Shown here: positions 27,378-40,014 of the stretch, one piece after another
Layout of the letters: the number at the start of each line of letters is the position of its first letter
How positions within the stretch are numbered: position 1 is the first letter of the stretch
From: Nageia nagi
Lineage: Eukaryota; Plantae; Pinophyta
Direction of reading: 5' to 3'
Assembly (NCBI GenBank): GCA_050084985.1
Contig: JBITNC010000001.1
Location: forward strand, 203,732,001 to 203,796,000
Length of the DNA: 64,000 nt
Program-made: the position numbers and the translations under genes
The notes under the pieces: generated by a model
Database searches by the model: none
What the model was told of the DNA's origin: nothing
Seen by the model: the letters and a program-made list of their open reading frames with translations, nothing else

Positions 27378-29948
27378 CTTTGTGTTGTGCCCGCACAACA
27401 CAACCCAAGATGCAGCATTTTGGGGACCCAATTTTTTTTCAAATGGAAATGAGCAACATTACCTGGGCATGACAACTTACGGTTCATATGGAGACCCAGA
27501 ACGGCCAAATGATCAAAGTAGCAGATGAGCATGCCCTGTAGTCATGGAAACAGTTCAGCTTAGCCAGTGGCCAAGCCAGGGCTCGGTCTTGAGCAGTGTC
27601 TCACAAGATGGAGTTGTGGATCACGACAACACCCAGACAGTGGAGTTTTGAGCGAATGGTTATCAGGGCAGAAAAGGCGTCGTTTTGGCAAGTTTGAGCA
27701 ACAAAGGTGCTAAGACGACAAAAGGTGCGTTTTTCGTCGAGTTTGAGCCCGAGAGCAGTGGATATAGTTAAGATGATGAAATTGTGCATTTTTGTACAAA
27801 TTGAGCCTAGAAAAGGGGAGCTATAGCCAAAAAGCGTGTTTTTGTCAATTTTGATCCCGGAGAGCCAGAAAATGAGCAACAGCACGGAAAAGCATGTTTT
27901 GGTCAATTTTAAGCCTGACAATGGCCACTATAGTGAAAATGTGCGTTTTTACACAGTTTGGGCCCGAAAAGCTCGAAAACGACCAAAAATGCAAGTTTGA
28001 GCTCAAAGTGCTAAGAAATGCTCGAAAAGGTCGAAAATGAGCATTTTTGCATATGTTGAGTCTGGAAAGGTCGAAAATGTAGATTTTGAGCTCTAAATGT
28101 TGGAAATGATCGTTGTTTTCATTGTTCAAACTCGGAAATGTTCGGAAAAGCCGGAAATGGTCAAAATTCATGCTTAGAGCTCGGAAATGCCGGAAATGGC
28201 TAGAAATGCACCATTTGGGCTCGGAAAAGACGGAGAAGGTCGGGAGTGTATAGTATAGCTCGGGATGAATGAGGAAAACAAGTTTGAGCACCCTTGTGGG
28301 CCAGGATCAATGAGTCTTTTGGCATTCGAAAAGCTTCGGTTTGAGTCCGAAAATTGAGTTTTTTCCAAAATATTCGGAATGAAAATCCGAGAGAGCTGTG
28401 GTGCCAAATGACAAATTAAGGCCACTCTACTCTTGGAAATTTCGAAAAAACTTGATTTTTGACCCTCGAAAAGTTAGGGGGGAGTTTTGCAAGTTTTCCC
28501 TTAGTAAATTTTGAAAAATGGCCTATTCTCTTCAAAACCTGCACCTACCTTTTGGGAGGCCTAGATTGATCCGAAATGGCAATTTTTGAGCTCAGGAGTG
28601 TGTGGATCACGATTCTACATCAAATTGTTCTTTCAAGTTCGCGATTTCGACGAGTTTTGCTCCACCAAAAGTGAGAAAAACAGGAAAATGAGCAAAAGGG
28701 CAGCCAATGAGAATGCTCCAAGATTTCCAAAATTCCCTAAAGTGTCAAAATGAAAATTTGAGAGTGAGGTAGGGTGGCAAATAAAAAATTATGCACTTTT
28801 CCTCTTGGAATTTTTGAAATTGGGCAAATTTTGACCCTCCTAGAGCTAGGCGCTGGTTTTGGGTGTTTTCCCTCATTTTTCAAAATCTTCAAAACACCCC
28901 AAACACCTCAAGACTTGTGCCTAGCCTTCTTGTGCCCCAAAAGTGAAAAAAATTGGAAATTTTGACCTTCAAGGGGCATAGGATGGGATTCCACACAAGA
29001 TTGATGATTTGAGTTTTTCAAAAAAATGAAATCTACCTCCTTAAATCATCAAATTTTGATTGACCAATGAGAGGGCTCCAAATTTTCTCAAAATTTTCCA
29101 AAATTGGTCAAATCAAAAAAGGAAAGTAAGGTAGGGTGCAAAATTCAAAGGAGATCAACATTGCCTCTTGCAATGTTGCAAAAAACTCAAGTTTACCCCC
29201 TCAAAAAGCTAGGCGGCAGTTTTGGCTTGTTTTTCTGATTTTCTAAATTTCCAAAAACATGCCAAAGCCCCTAAAACCTGCGCCTAGCTTCCAAGCCCTC
29301 ATTTTTGCTCAAAAATCAAAATTTTGATCCTAGGAGCATGGGAAATCCAATTTTGCATCTCTTTCATGTTTTAAGTTTTGGGAAAAAGGTTGATCTACTC
29401 CCTCAAAATCCCAAAATTTGGATCATCCAATGGGAGAGCTCCAAAATTTTCCAAAAATTTCAAAAATCCCAAAAACAAAATTGGAAAGAAAGGTAGGGTT
29501 CAAAATCCAAATGCAAGCATCTTTGCCTCGTGCAAATTTGCTCAAAAACTAATTTTTGCCCCCCTGAAAGGTAGGTGCTGATTTTGCAAGTTATCCCCCA
29601 TTTTTTCATTTTTCAAAACTTGCCTAAACATCCTAAAACCTGCGCATAGCCTCCTAAAAACCACCTTTTTGCATCCAAAAAAGATCTAAGGGCTGAGAAG
29701 ACTCAAAAAAATTGGATTTTCCTTCAAAAATATCAAAATTCAAAATCCAAATCTGAAGGATGGAGGTTGTAAAGCATTCCAAGGCCATCATCTTTGCTTC
29801 CAAGACCTCCCCCATTGCACCAAATCTGCTCCTTCCCCATCTAGGTGCAGGTTTTGACTTTTTTCCAAGTTTTCTTATGATTTCCAATGTTGGGTTTGAG
29901 AGAGAATAGTCCAAAGTGCAAGTGTTGAGCTCTAGGGTTGATGTGGAA

Positions 29949-29988
29949 GTGACATGTGGCACTTTTAACACCCCTAGGTCTATAAATA
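29949..29988 (+). promoter_or_regulatory. Candidate internal promoter for the copy A ORF (GTGACATGTGG plus TATAAATA)
   Basis: The same module recurs in copy C at 60551-60582. Confidence 0.5.
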
Positions 29989-30810
29989 TGACCATACCGC
30001 CTCCTTTTTACTCACCTCTCATTTTTGCACCAATTTTTGAGAATTTCAGAGCCAAGTGAGAAAAGAAGCCATTTTTCCAGCCTTGGAGGATTTTTCAAAC
30101 ACCTAGCATCTTGGCCGTTTACCCAAACTCCATTAAAATTCGAAATCCAAGCATCCTCCATCCACATGAACTCCATTTTTTCCAAGTTTTGAGGATTTTT
30201 TCACAAAAACCCTTTTTTCAAACCCTCAAACACTTGAAAATTTATTTTTTCAAATTTCAAGTTTGATCACTTTTTTGGATACCCTTTATCCATGTGATCA
30301 ACTTTTATTTTCAGCTAAAAAAATCACAACAAAATTCATAAGATCCAAAGATCTGAGTGATCAAAACCCTCATTTCTTGAAAAAAATAAAAAAAAATCCA
30401 AAAATTGTTTTTGAAGTCTGTTTTGACCATTTCAAAGTCTGAAACACCTTCCCCATTCATTCCCCATCCATCTAAGGTGTTAGAACTTGATTCCGGCACC
30501 ATTTGCCAAATTTCACCACTTTTTCCTGTTGAAAAAGTCAACTTTTTTTGAGAAAAACTTGAAAATTCTCCAATCATCCTAATTTTTTGCCAAGGCATTC
30601 CCCTTTGAGGCAGCTACCTTTGTGTCATCTTAAACTCACCCAGAAGGCTTTGAAAATTGCAAACCTTGACATTTTTCGATGATGGCACACTTAGAGAAAA
30701 AAATGCCCAAAATCCCAATTTTTTGAAAAATTCTCTTAGCTTGCTTAGAAAGCGCCACAAGCTTCCCAAGACTCCTCTAACACTATGTTGTTCTCTTAGA
30801 CAGGAACAAG

Positions 30811-31662
30811 ATGGCGTTAGTTGCTCAGAATATCAAAGACACGAAGTAGAAAAGGCTCACGATGGACAGTCCCATCACTCTTGAACATACGTCAGAGCTC
30901 TTGATGCCCACCGCAAGAATCATTGACCGAGTGAGATCGAAGATCCATATTGTAACTCCCTCGATCCAATTAAAACTCTAATGAAAATACATACATTGGA
31001 TTCAACTTTGATAGTGAAGGACACCTTGAAAACTTCCTTACTACTATCAGCTTCTATGGTGCCATTTGTCACCCCCTTCCCTAAGCTGTGCTACGAGCTA
31101 GGAAAGCATTGCGACATCCGAGAGCGGAGACTCCTCCATAGAAGAAATGAGGTAATCATGGAGTTCTCTGATGAGAGAATAGAAAGGGCATTCGCTTGGA
31201 AGGGTGAAGGCCTATCATACAACGTGCAAGACTCCTTGAAGTTTTACAAGGGTCTGAAACCTCCAGCTGATTTGATCAAAGATTGGTTGGCCAATTACTG
31301 CAAGCATCTCACAGGGAGAGCCTTAGCAACGCCAAACAGAGCAGAGTTCTATCCAGTAGTCTCCAGACTAATATCCATGCTTTCCAGAGTGATCGGACGG
31401 AAAGATGACACCAAATACCAGTCGGAATTTGTGAGGTTCATAGAGCTAATAAGTAGCGGTAAAGGTGTTAAGTGGAGTAGAGTAATTAGTGATTCTTTGG
31501 CTTAGCAACTGAAACACATTCAGAAGAGCAAGAAATTCTATATGAACTCCTACCTAGTTTTCCTACTCCTTCATGTTAGGGAGAGGGTAACTTCAATTGC
31601 CAATACCCAATATCTGTACAACCTTACACATCCAGTGTGGGAAAATTACCCTCAGTTCTATG
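30811..31662 (+). pseudogene. Copy A ORF, part 1 (unknown protein)
   Basis: ATG at 30811 after an acceptor-like TTCTCTTAGACAG. MVPFVTPFPKLCY...LISMLSRVIG..DDTKY..EF...FYMNSYLVFLL; in-frame stops. Confidence 0.78.
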
Positions 31663-32449
31663 TGTTTACAAATAAAAGTGTATTCGAGAATGCAAATAAC
31701 TGAAATATCTACAGTCCTGAAAGATACATATATCTATTTGTAAATTCTGAGCTAACGGATAGCAATTTATAACAAGACAAGCTGATATGGAAGATAACGA
31801 ATAACTGGAATTGAAATGACATTACCAAACAAGATTGAATTTGTGTACTTACCTCACGGAGTGTACCTGATATGGATAAACAGAAGATATTGATGAAGCC
31901 TCAATAGTGAATGGAGTCTGCACCGAAGTCGTGAAGCAAGATGATCCAAAAAAAAGGTCGCAGGTGATCTATTTCATGCTCGAAAGGAGCATCATCGGTC
32001 TGCTTTCGTCTACAGGGAGCACCAACGGTCTTCGTTAGATTGTAGTCCGTTTTGAACTGACTCTGTGCCTCCACACGAACTCTCAATGGTCTCAATTTGA
32101 TACTCAGATAAGCTTAGAATTGTTAGGATGCTCGCATAAGGAAGTACACAAACCCAGCCTTGAATGACGGTGTCAAGAGACACCTAAAGGACTGCCATCA
32201 TCAAGACCAGATATGGGATCATGTATCTCCTTGATGTGAACTTACTATTGGATCCCTATTTATATAGATAATAATATGACCTACTCTTTAGGTCGGCGTG
32301 TACCTACATAAACAAGAATATAGTAAGTCGATGATATATATTGATCATATCCAAAATATCATAAATATTCTTGAACTAGACATATAAGTGCGGGCACATA
32401 GTTCCTAATGTATTAAATTAAATTCATAAATTAATTTTATGCGATAACA
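31663..32449 (-). repeat. 3' LTR of the Tat-type element (787 bp)
   Basis: TGTTTACA...ATAACA; direct repeat of 39261-40009; adjacent polypurine tract. Confidence 0.93.
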
Positions 32450-32462
32450 GATGCCCCACTTT
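32450..32462 (-). promoter_or_regulatory. Polypurine tract of the Tat-type element
   Basis: Minus strand AAAGTGGGGCATC directly precedes the 3' LTR. Confidence 0.8.
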
Positions 32463-32859
32463 GGATGAGAAATTGAAAATCGCTAGACGCATTGAGATTT
32501 TTCATTCAAAGTATAACCAAGATGTCATAGCAATCAAATATTGGTAAGTATAGACAAGCATAATACCAACACTAATCAATCTGTTTTGATACTGAACTAT
32601 GATAAAGATATAAGAAAGATGAGCAACATATTGACAAAAGGTATGAGTTTACGAAAACCCTCTCATATGATATCCACTATGTTGCCCCTAGTTGATGTTT
32701 GATGTGCTCCATGAGCTCCAATGATGACCTGCAAAAGAAAGAGTTCTAGGGTCCATAGCCATCTACCAAGAGGTCACTGATGACAATTACCCATATTTTG
32801 GATATATTTTGATATGTGGAATACAACCATCTCACGTCATTGATGATTCTGCCCATTGA

Positions 32860-33110
32860 TCTTGTGGAAGCTGAACTTCCTACCAAGAGGCATAATGATA
32901 AAACTAGCAGCTGAAACTCCGCCAAGAGGCATATCGCAATAAGGAGTGGAGCTGGAACTCCCTCAAGAGGCATGATATGATGATGAGAGTTGAAACTCTG
33001 CACCAAGAGGCAGGAAACTAGGATGATGATATGAGAGCTGAAACTTTGCGCCAAGAGGCATGCAAATTTTATGATCTAGGAGCTGAAACTCTGCACCAAG
33101 GGGTATCTGA
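32860..33110. repeat. Tandem repeat (~40-45 bp, about 6 copies) in the 3' UTR of the Tat-type element
   Basis: Recurring GCTGAAACTC.GC.CCAAGAGGCA. Confidence 0.8.
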
Positions 33111-33309
33111 TGATCTTTGTTTTTGCTGTTTCTGACTATACAATAGGACCGTAGGTGGTGCTTTTCTGCTAAAATAGAGCGTTGACATCCTCTTATGATA
33201 TTGAAATGACTTTCTGTTTTTGGATTTTTGTGCCGTTTGTTCCATGCTTATTCCTATAGTAACATATTTACGGAAACAGACGCACGGGACGACCCACAAG
33301 TTGCTTAAA

Positions 33310-36300
33310 TGTGATACTTTTTTAAGTGCCTAGCATTAATGGGATTTTTGAAAACCTCCCCATCCAATCTAGACAATTTGTATGCACCTCTGCCAAAGAC
33401 CTCTGTGATGATGTATGGGCAACCCAATTTGGTTCAAACTTTCCTTTAAGTTCATCTTTTCCTATAGTGTTAGAAACATTCTCTTGGAGAACCATATCTC
33501 CAACCCCAAATGCTTTGGGCACCATTTTCTTTCCATAGGCCCTCTTTATTCTTTGCTGCTATGTTTAGAGATGCTCTAGTGCATTACTTGTTTTCTCATC
33601 TAATGCCTCTAGTTGATTTAATCTTGCTTCCCATTGTTGTGGCCTCTTCATGATATCTTTGAGTGCAATTCTCAAAGAAGGGATCTCAATTTCAAGTGAA
33701 ATGACTGCTTTATCACCATACACAAGAGAGTATGGAGTAGCACCTGTTGCTGTTCTTTCGGTTGTTCTATATGCCCATAAGGCATATGGTAACTGATCAT
33801 GTCAATCTCTACTATTTTTTTTTGATAGTTTTTGCCCATATCTTCTTGATTGTTTTATTTGTTGCTTCAGCTTGTCCATTCCCTTGGGGATAGTAAACTG
33901 AAGAAAATCTCTGTTCAACCTTCATCTTTTTACAAAATTCTCTGATATCTTTTTCTGTAAAATTCGCACCATTATCCATGATCAGCTTCTGAGGTATGCC
34001 AAATTTACAAATGATATATTCCTTGATGAAATTGATAACATGTTTTTGTATAGCTGTCTTTAAAGGAATTGCCTCAACCCATTTAGTGTAGTATTCGGTG
34101 GCAACCAAGATAAATTTGTGCCCCTCACTAGATGGAGGATTGATAACACCCATCAAATCCAAAGCCCACATTGAGAAAGGCCATGGTGATGTGACATAGT
34201 TCAACTCTTGAGCAGGTGTTAATTCTAAGTGTGCATGCTTTTGACATTGCTCACACTTCTTGACATGTTCATAACAATCATGTTCCATAATGGGCCACCA
34301 ATAACCCGTCCTAACCAACTTGCCATAGACTGATCTTCCATTGAAATGACCTCCACATGCTCCTCCATGAGCATGCTTTGATGCTGTTTCAATCTCCTCA
34401 TCATGAAGACATCTCAAAAGAATACCATTAAATGATCTTTTATAAAGTATATCACCAATGATAACATACTTCGTAGCAAGCCTTTTTATTCTAATCCGTT
34501 CTCTCTTATTAAGTGTACCATCAATGAAGTTATCCCTCAAATATCTGAATATGTGTTGGTACCAAGGACTTACCTCATAACCAACCTTTTGAGCCACATA
34601 TACCATTTTCAAGTCCTCCTCAGCAATTGATAGAGTTCCCGAGTTCTTGATAGTGAAAGTAATCTCCCTACTTTCTATCTCAATTGGTATAAGTGAAGTT
34701 GCGTTTGCCATTGCATCAGCCAACTTGTTATTGTTTCTTGGAATATTTTCTAATTGATACTCTTCAAAGCAAGCAAGGAGTTTTGTAACAAGAATTTTAT
34801 ATGGAATAAGCTTTTCATCCTTGGTGTTATAGATCTTACTGACTTGATTCACTATCAGCTGTGAATCCCCATAAATATGCAAATGTGTAATACCAATCTC
34901 TATAGCTGCTTTTAATTCTAATATGAGAGCTTCATATTCTGCCATATTGTTAGTGCATTCAAATGATAGTTTGTATGACATGGGAATAACATCATTTTGA
35001 GGCGATATCAACGCTATTCTTGCTCCTGAACCTTGCATACACTGTGATCCGTCAAAATACATTTTCCAGCGTTCTGACACCTTTGAAAAAGGAACGTTGA
35101 CGTTCCTGTTTTCTTCAAAGGAAGGTCGTGGGCGGTTCTCTTCTACACGTTCTGTGGTTTTTGCCAAAGCACATTCATCCTGAAATTCTTCTCTGAGTTT
35201 TGTACTGTCTTCCGTGGGAAACTCTGCAACAAAATTTGCGATTGCCTGCCCTTTAATTGATTTTTGTTTCACAAACTTGAGGTCAAACTCTTGAAGTAGC
35301 ATTATCTATTTTGCTGACCTTCCATTGAGGCATGGTTTTGACATCAGATATCTTAATGGGTCTGCCTGAGTAAGTACATGTGTTGTGCTATTGATCATAT
35401 AATGCCTCAACCTCTCAGTAGCAAATACTATACATTGACATAACTTCTCAATGGGTGTGTATCTGGTTTCATATTCTTTCAATGTTCTGCTAATAAAATA
35501 GACTACTCTCTCTTTACCAACTTTTTCTTTCTTTGCCAACATTATCCCAAATGCATTTCTGTAGCTGAGACATAGGGCCAAAGAGGTTCTCCATGCCTAT
35601 ATAGAGCTAATAGCGGTGGATGTAGCAAATACTCTTTTATTCTATCAAATGCTTCTTGACATTTAACATCCCATTTAAATTCAACTTCTTTCTTAAGTAA
35701 ATGAGACATAGGAGCTATCTTATCTGTTAACTGACAAATAAATCTTCTTACAACTTGAATTTTACCTTGAAGGCTTCTCAATTGCTTAAGATTTGTAGGA
35801 GGAGATATTTCTGTGATGGCTTTAATTTTCTTTTGATCCACTTCAACTCCTCTCCTAAAGACAATATGCTCTAAGAGTTTTCCTAATGATACCCCAAATA
35901 CACATTTTTGAGGCTTGATTCTTAACTTGTACTTCTTCATTCTTTCAAATGTTGCTTTTATATCCTTGATGTGATCTTCTTTATTCTTTGACTTTATCAA
36001 GATATCATCTACATAAACCTCTACTGTTTTACGAATGAAGTCATGAAACATGGTTGTCATTGCTCTTTGATATGTGGCCCTTGCATTCTTAAGACCAAAT
36101 GGCATTACCTTGTAGCAAAAGTTGGCCCAAGGAGTTCTTAAGGTTGTTTTATGCTGATCACTTTCCTTGATTTTGATTTGATTATATCCTGAAAATCCAT
36201 CCATAAATGATAACATCTCATAACTTGCCAAACTGTCAATGATCATATCTATGTTGGGTAGTTTGAAGTCATCTTTCGGACATGCTTTATTAAGATCTCT

Positions 36301-37800
36301 GAAATTAGTACATACTCTAATTTCACCTGTAGGTTTCTTTACTAGAACTACGTTGGCCATCCACTCTGAATAATCAATGGGTCTAATAAAACCAGCTTCT
36401 AATAGTTTCTCTATTTCTTTCTTGACTAGTAAAGAAATCTGAAAAGGTATCTTCTTTGGTTTTTGCTTTATAGGAACTGCTTTTTTCTCAACTACCAAGT
36501 TATGTACTACAAAATTTTCATCTAATCCAGGCATATCTTTATATGACCATGCAAATAATTCAGAATAATCATGAAAGGATTGAATCAATTCATTTTGCAA
36601 AGGTTCCTCAAGGAGCTTACCCGTTTTTAGGAATTGCGGTGTCTCTTGAGAACCAATGTTGACCTCCTCTATCTCTTCATTCAACTAAGTCATTTCTGAT
36701 TCTGATGGTGGGAAATGGCTATTCTCCTAACCCTTTGATTTTATCCTCCATAGATTCACCAAAGCAAGTATGCACATCTAGACAATGTTTGTGAGTCCTC
36801 TTTTCATGCCTAGTTGGATATTCAGTTCAAGCACCCATAGATTCTAAGAAAGCATCATCATTCTCAAACAAATCTATAGCATGTATTGCATCTTCATCAT
36901 CTATTTCACATTCAATAACAAAGCAATTTTGATCATCTCTTTCCCGTTCATCTTCTTGCATTAATAACGAACGACTAACCTGACCATTGTGATCATCTCC
37001 ACAATATGGGACAATGCAATATTTGTTTTCCTCTGTGATTTCTTCTAAAGAAGACCGTCGATGGTCTTTATGGAGCCCAAAGGAGCGCGAGCGGTCCTTT
37101 TCCTGAGCCTCCTACCGTTTGTCCAAATCTCTCTCGAGACTGATATTATTGACATCTGTGATAGTGTACGAACCAAATCCGATATCTTTGACATTGATTT
37201 TTGGTAATGCTTTTCTGTAAATTTGATCATTCTTAGCTAGTATAGCCTCATCTTCCGCATCATACAGAACAAATCTCTCAGGGAGAACATAATTGCATTG
37301 CTTGGCTATCTGCTCATTTGCTTCTACCTTGTAAACATTTCCTTCAGAACAAAATTTGAAACATCTATGCAAAGTGGATGCTAGTCCCTCCATGTCATCT
37401 GTCCATGGTCTTCCAAGAATAAAATTAAAAGAAGGTTTTCCATCTGTAATGTAGAAGAGAGTTTGAAGCACCTTGTTTCCCACTTTGATTGGAAGTGTGA
37501 TGATTCCTGCACATTTCTTTGGAACACCATCAAACCCCTTAACTCTCATGGTAGTCTCTTCTTTTGGAGGTAACAAATCTGGATCAAACTGTGAAAGCGA
37601 ATGGTGGTAATACTCAAAGCTTCCCAACCATCTATCAATGATCTTTTAACTGTATTACCAAAGATATTCACTTCAATAAAAAATGGTGGATGTAATTGGG
37701 TTACATCCTTACTAGGTCTTTCACTAGGGTGAAAAGTGATAACATCCCCTTTACTTCATATTTTTGCCTTTTTTGCAAAAGCAGTGATTGAGATGTTCTT
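33310..37800 (-). pseudogene. pol: pol (protease, RT, RNase H, archaeal-type RNase H, integrase), degenerate
   Basis: FILGRPW (protease); MDGFSGYNQI, VMPFGLKNA, VYVDDIL (RT); MYFDGS...NNMAEYEAL...GDSQLIV (aRH); H-G..GGH...C..CQ, WALDL, YYPQGNGQAEA and GKFEPNW (integrase). Confidence 0.93.
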
Positions 37801-39167
37801 GTCTATCTAATTATTTTTGAAAATCTGATTCATCATTTCTCTATGAGGTTCTGAAATTTGAAGTACTTCAAGCAAACTAACCTTTGCTTTTGTGTTTTTG
37901 AGTTGCTCAATGAGGTCAAAACTTCTTGGATCTTTAGGAAGCTCTTTTTCACATGTGACAGGATTTGTTGCTACTCTTGATCTTCCTCTTGTAAGTGCTG
38001 CACATACTTCTTCATGGAAAATTACATTGACATGCTGCTTTTCTTTTATATCTTTAACTTTAGTAGGGCAAACGTAGAATCCATCCTTTATAAGCCTTTG
38101 TATTTTGTTTCTTAGGCCTCCACACCCAATAGTGGCATGCCTCTTGATTTGATGATATTCGCAATATCTGTCTTTTTTGTACCATGTTGGCCTCTCTGCT
38201 GATTCATTTTCCTCTCTTAGGTAAAGGCTGTAATAATCCCTTTGCCATTAGATCTTTCAAGATAAACCTGGGAGGTATAGGAGACTTTATGAATTTCGTT
38301 TCTTTCTTTTCATTTGCCTTTTCTACCACGCGAATGGATTTATCTTTCTTTGGTGATTGTAGCTGCTTATCTTTGGCCCTAGGTTTGTCATTTTCTCGAT
38401 ACTTCACAAGCTCTAATTTCATATGGACTTTTTTTTTCCAATAGCTTATATGTCATATCAGAAAATGCTAGATGTGTATAATCAATGCAATAAGATTGTA
38501 AGGACAATATGACAGCATCCTTGAAAATATTGTTTACCTCTTTTTCAGTAAGTTTTGTTTTGATTTGTTGCCATGTCTTCTTGAATCGTACAACAAATTT
38601 TTCAAGATTCTTATTACTGCCTTGCCTCATAACACATAGATCCGAAACTATGACTTCATGTTTGATATTGTGTTTATACTGTTTTAGAAATAAGTTGCTC
38701 AATTCTCGAAATGATGTAACTGACCTTTTAGGTAGAGAATAGAACCATTCATAAGCCTCTCCTTCCAAACTATGAGGAAAGAACTTTGTCGGTAATCTTG
38801 AATCGACATTGATTTTGAGGTCACACTCATCTTTAAACTCTTGCAAATGTCTCCTAGGATCTCCTTCCCTACTGAACTTACAAAACTTGGGATCTTTATA
38901 ATTCGGTGGTGGCATGCATACATGGATCTCATCACATAGAGGACTACCAAACTCAATTGAATTATTTGGCTGAACTGATCCTTTTGCTAATTGATTAATC
39001 TATCTTTGCATACTCTCAATAGTAGCCTGAATGTTATCATTGTTACTTCCATCATCGTGTTCGGCTTCTTGGTTAGGTACTTTTGGTCCATCACGCTGAA
39101 TATCTCTCAAGAGCTCATCAAGATCTCTTCTCGAAAGACTTCTCAAGAATACTCTTAACTGATCCAT
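37800..39167 (-). pseudogene. gag: gag, degenerate
   Basis: PPNYKDPKFCKF..EGDP..HL..F, KFFPHSLEGEAYEWFYSLP, and a CEYHQIKRHATIGC zinc knuckle near 38120-38165; frameshifts. Confidence 0.85.
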
Positions 39168-39237
39168 GTTTAAAACAACTCACAAAATTGTTTATTAGTC
39201 CTAACTAAAACCCTAGGGTTTTAGCACAACTACTTAT

Positions 39238-39257
39238 GATTCACATCGGGTTCACCA
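39238..39257 (-). promoter_or_regulatory. Primer-binding site complementary to tRNA-Trp
   Basis: Plus strand GATTCACATCGGGTTCACCA matches the plant tRNA-Trp 3' end as I recall it (GATTCACGTCGGGTTCACCA) with one mismatch; 3 nt from the LTR. Confidence 0.82.
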
Positions 39258-39260
39258 AAA

Positions 39261-40009
39261 TGTTTACAATTAAAAATGTATTCAAGAATGCAAATAACTG
39301 AAATATCTACAGTTCCGAAAGATACATATATCTATTTGTAAATTATGAGCTAACTGATAGCAATTTATAACAAGACAAGCTAATATAGAAGATAACGAAT
39401 AACTGAAATTGAAATGACATTACCAAACAAGACTGAATTTGTGTACTTACCTCATGGAGCGTACCTGATATGGATAAACGAAAGATACTGACGAAGCCTC
39501 AACAACGAACAGAGTCTGCATCCGAAGTCGTGAAGCAAGATGATCCAAAAAGAGGGCTGCGGGTGGTCTATTTCATGCTCGGAAGGAGCGTTGGCAGTCT
39601 GCTTTTGTCTACAGGGAGCGTCGGTGGTCTTCGTTAGATTGTAGTCCTTTCTGAACCGACTCTGTGCCTCCACACGAACTCTCAATGGTCTCAATTTGAT
39701 ACTCAAATAAGCTTAGAATTGTCAAGACACTTGCATAAGGAAGTACACAAACGTAGCCTTGAATGGTGGTGTCAAGAGACACCTAAAGGACTGCCATCAT
39801 CAAGACCAGATATGGGATCATATATCTCCTTAATGTGGACTTACTATTAGATCTCGGCATGTACCTACATAAACAAGATATAGTATGTTGATGATATATA
39901 TTGATCATATCCAAAATATCATAAATATTCTTGAACTAGACATATAAGTGTGGGCACATATTTCGTAATGTATTAAATTAAATGCATAAATTAATTTTAT
40001 GCAATAACA
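39261..40009 (-). repeat. 5' LTR of the Tat-type element (749 bp)
   Basis: About 90% identical to 31663-32449 (about 23 mismatches in the first ~260 bp by hand count), with a ~38-bp deletion. Confidence 0.93.
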
Positions 40010-40014
40010 CTATG

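Larger units (their letters stand above)
31663..40009 (-). mobile_element. Full-length degenerate Ty3/gypsy LTR retrotransposon, Tat/Ogre-type (extra RNase H)
   Basis: Paired LTRs, TSD CTATG (31658-31662, 40010-40014), primer-binding site, polypurine tract, and domain order GAG-PR-RT-RH-aRH-INT. Confidence 0.95.

Noticed and set aside
27601-30600. Many Phe/Lys-rich short ORFs
   Set aside because: They arise from the repetitive non-coding 5' region of copy A.
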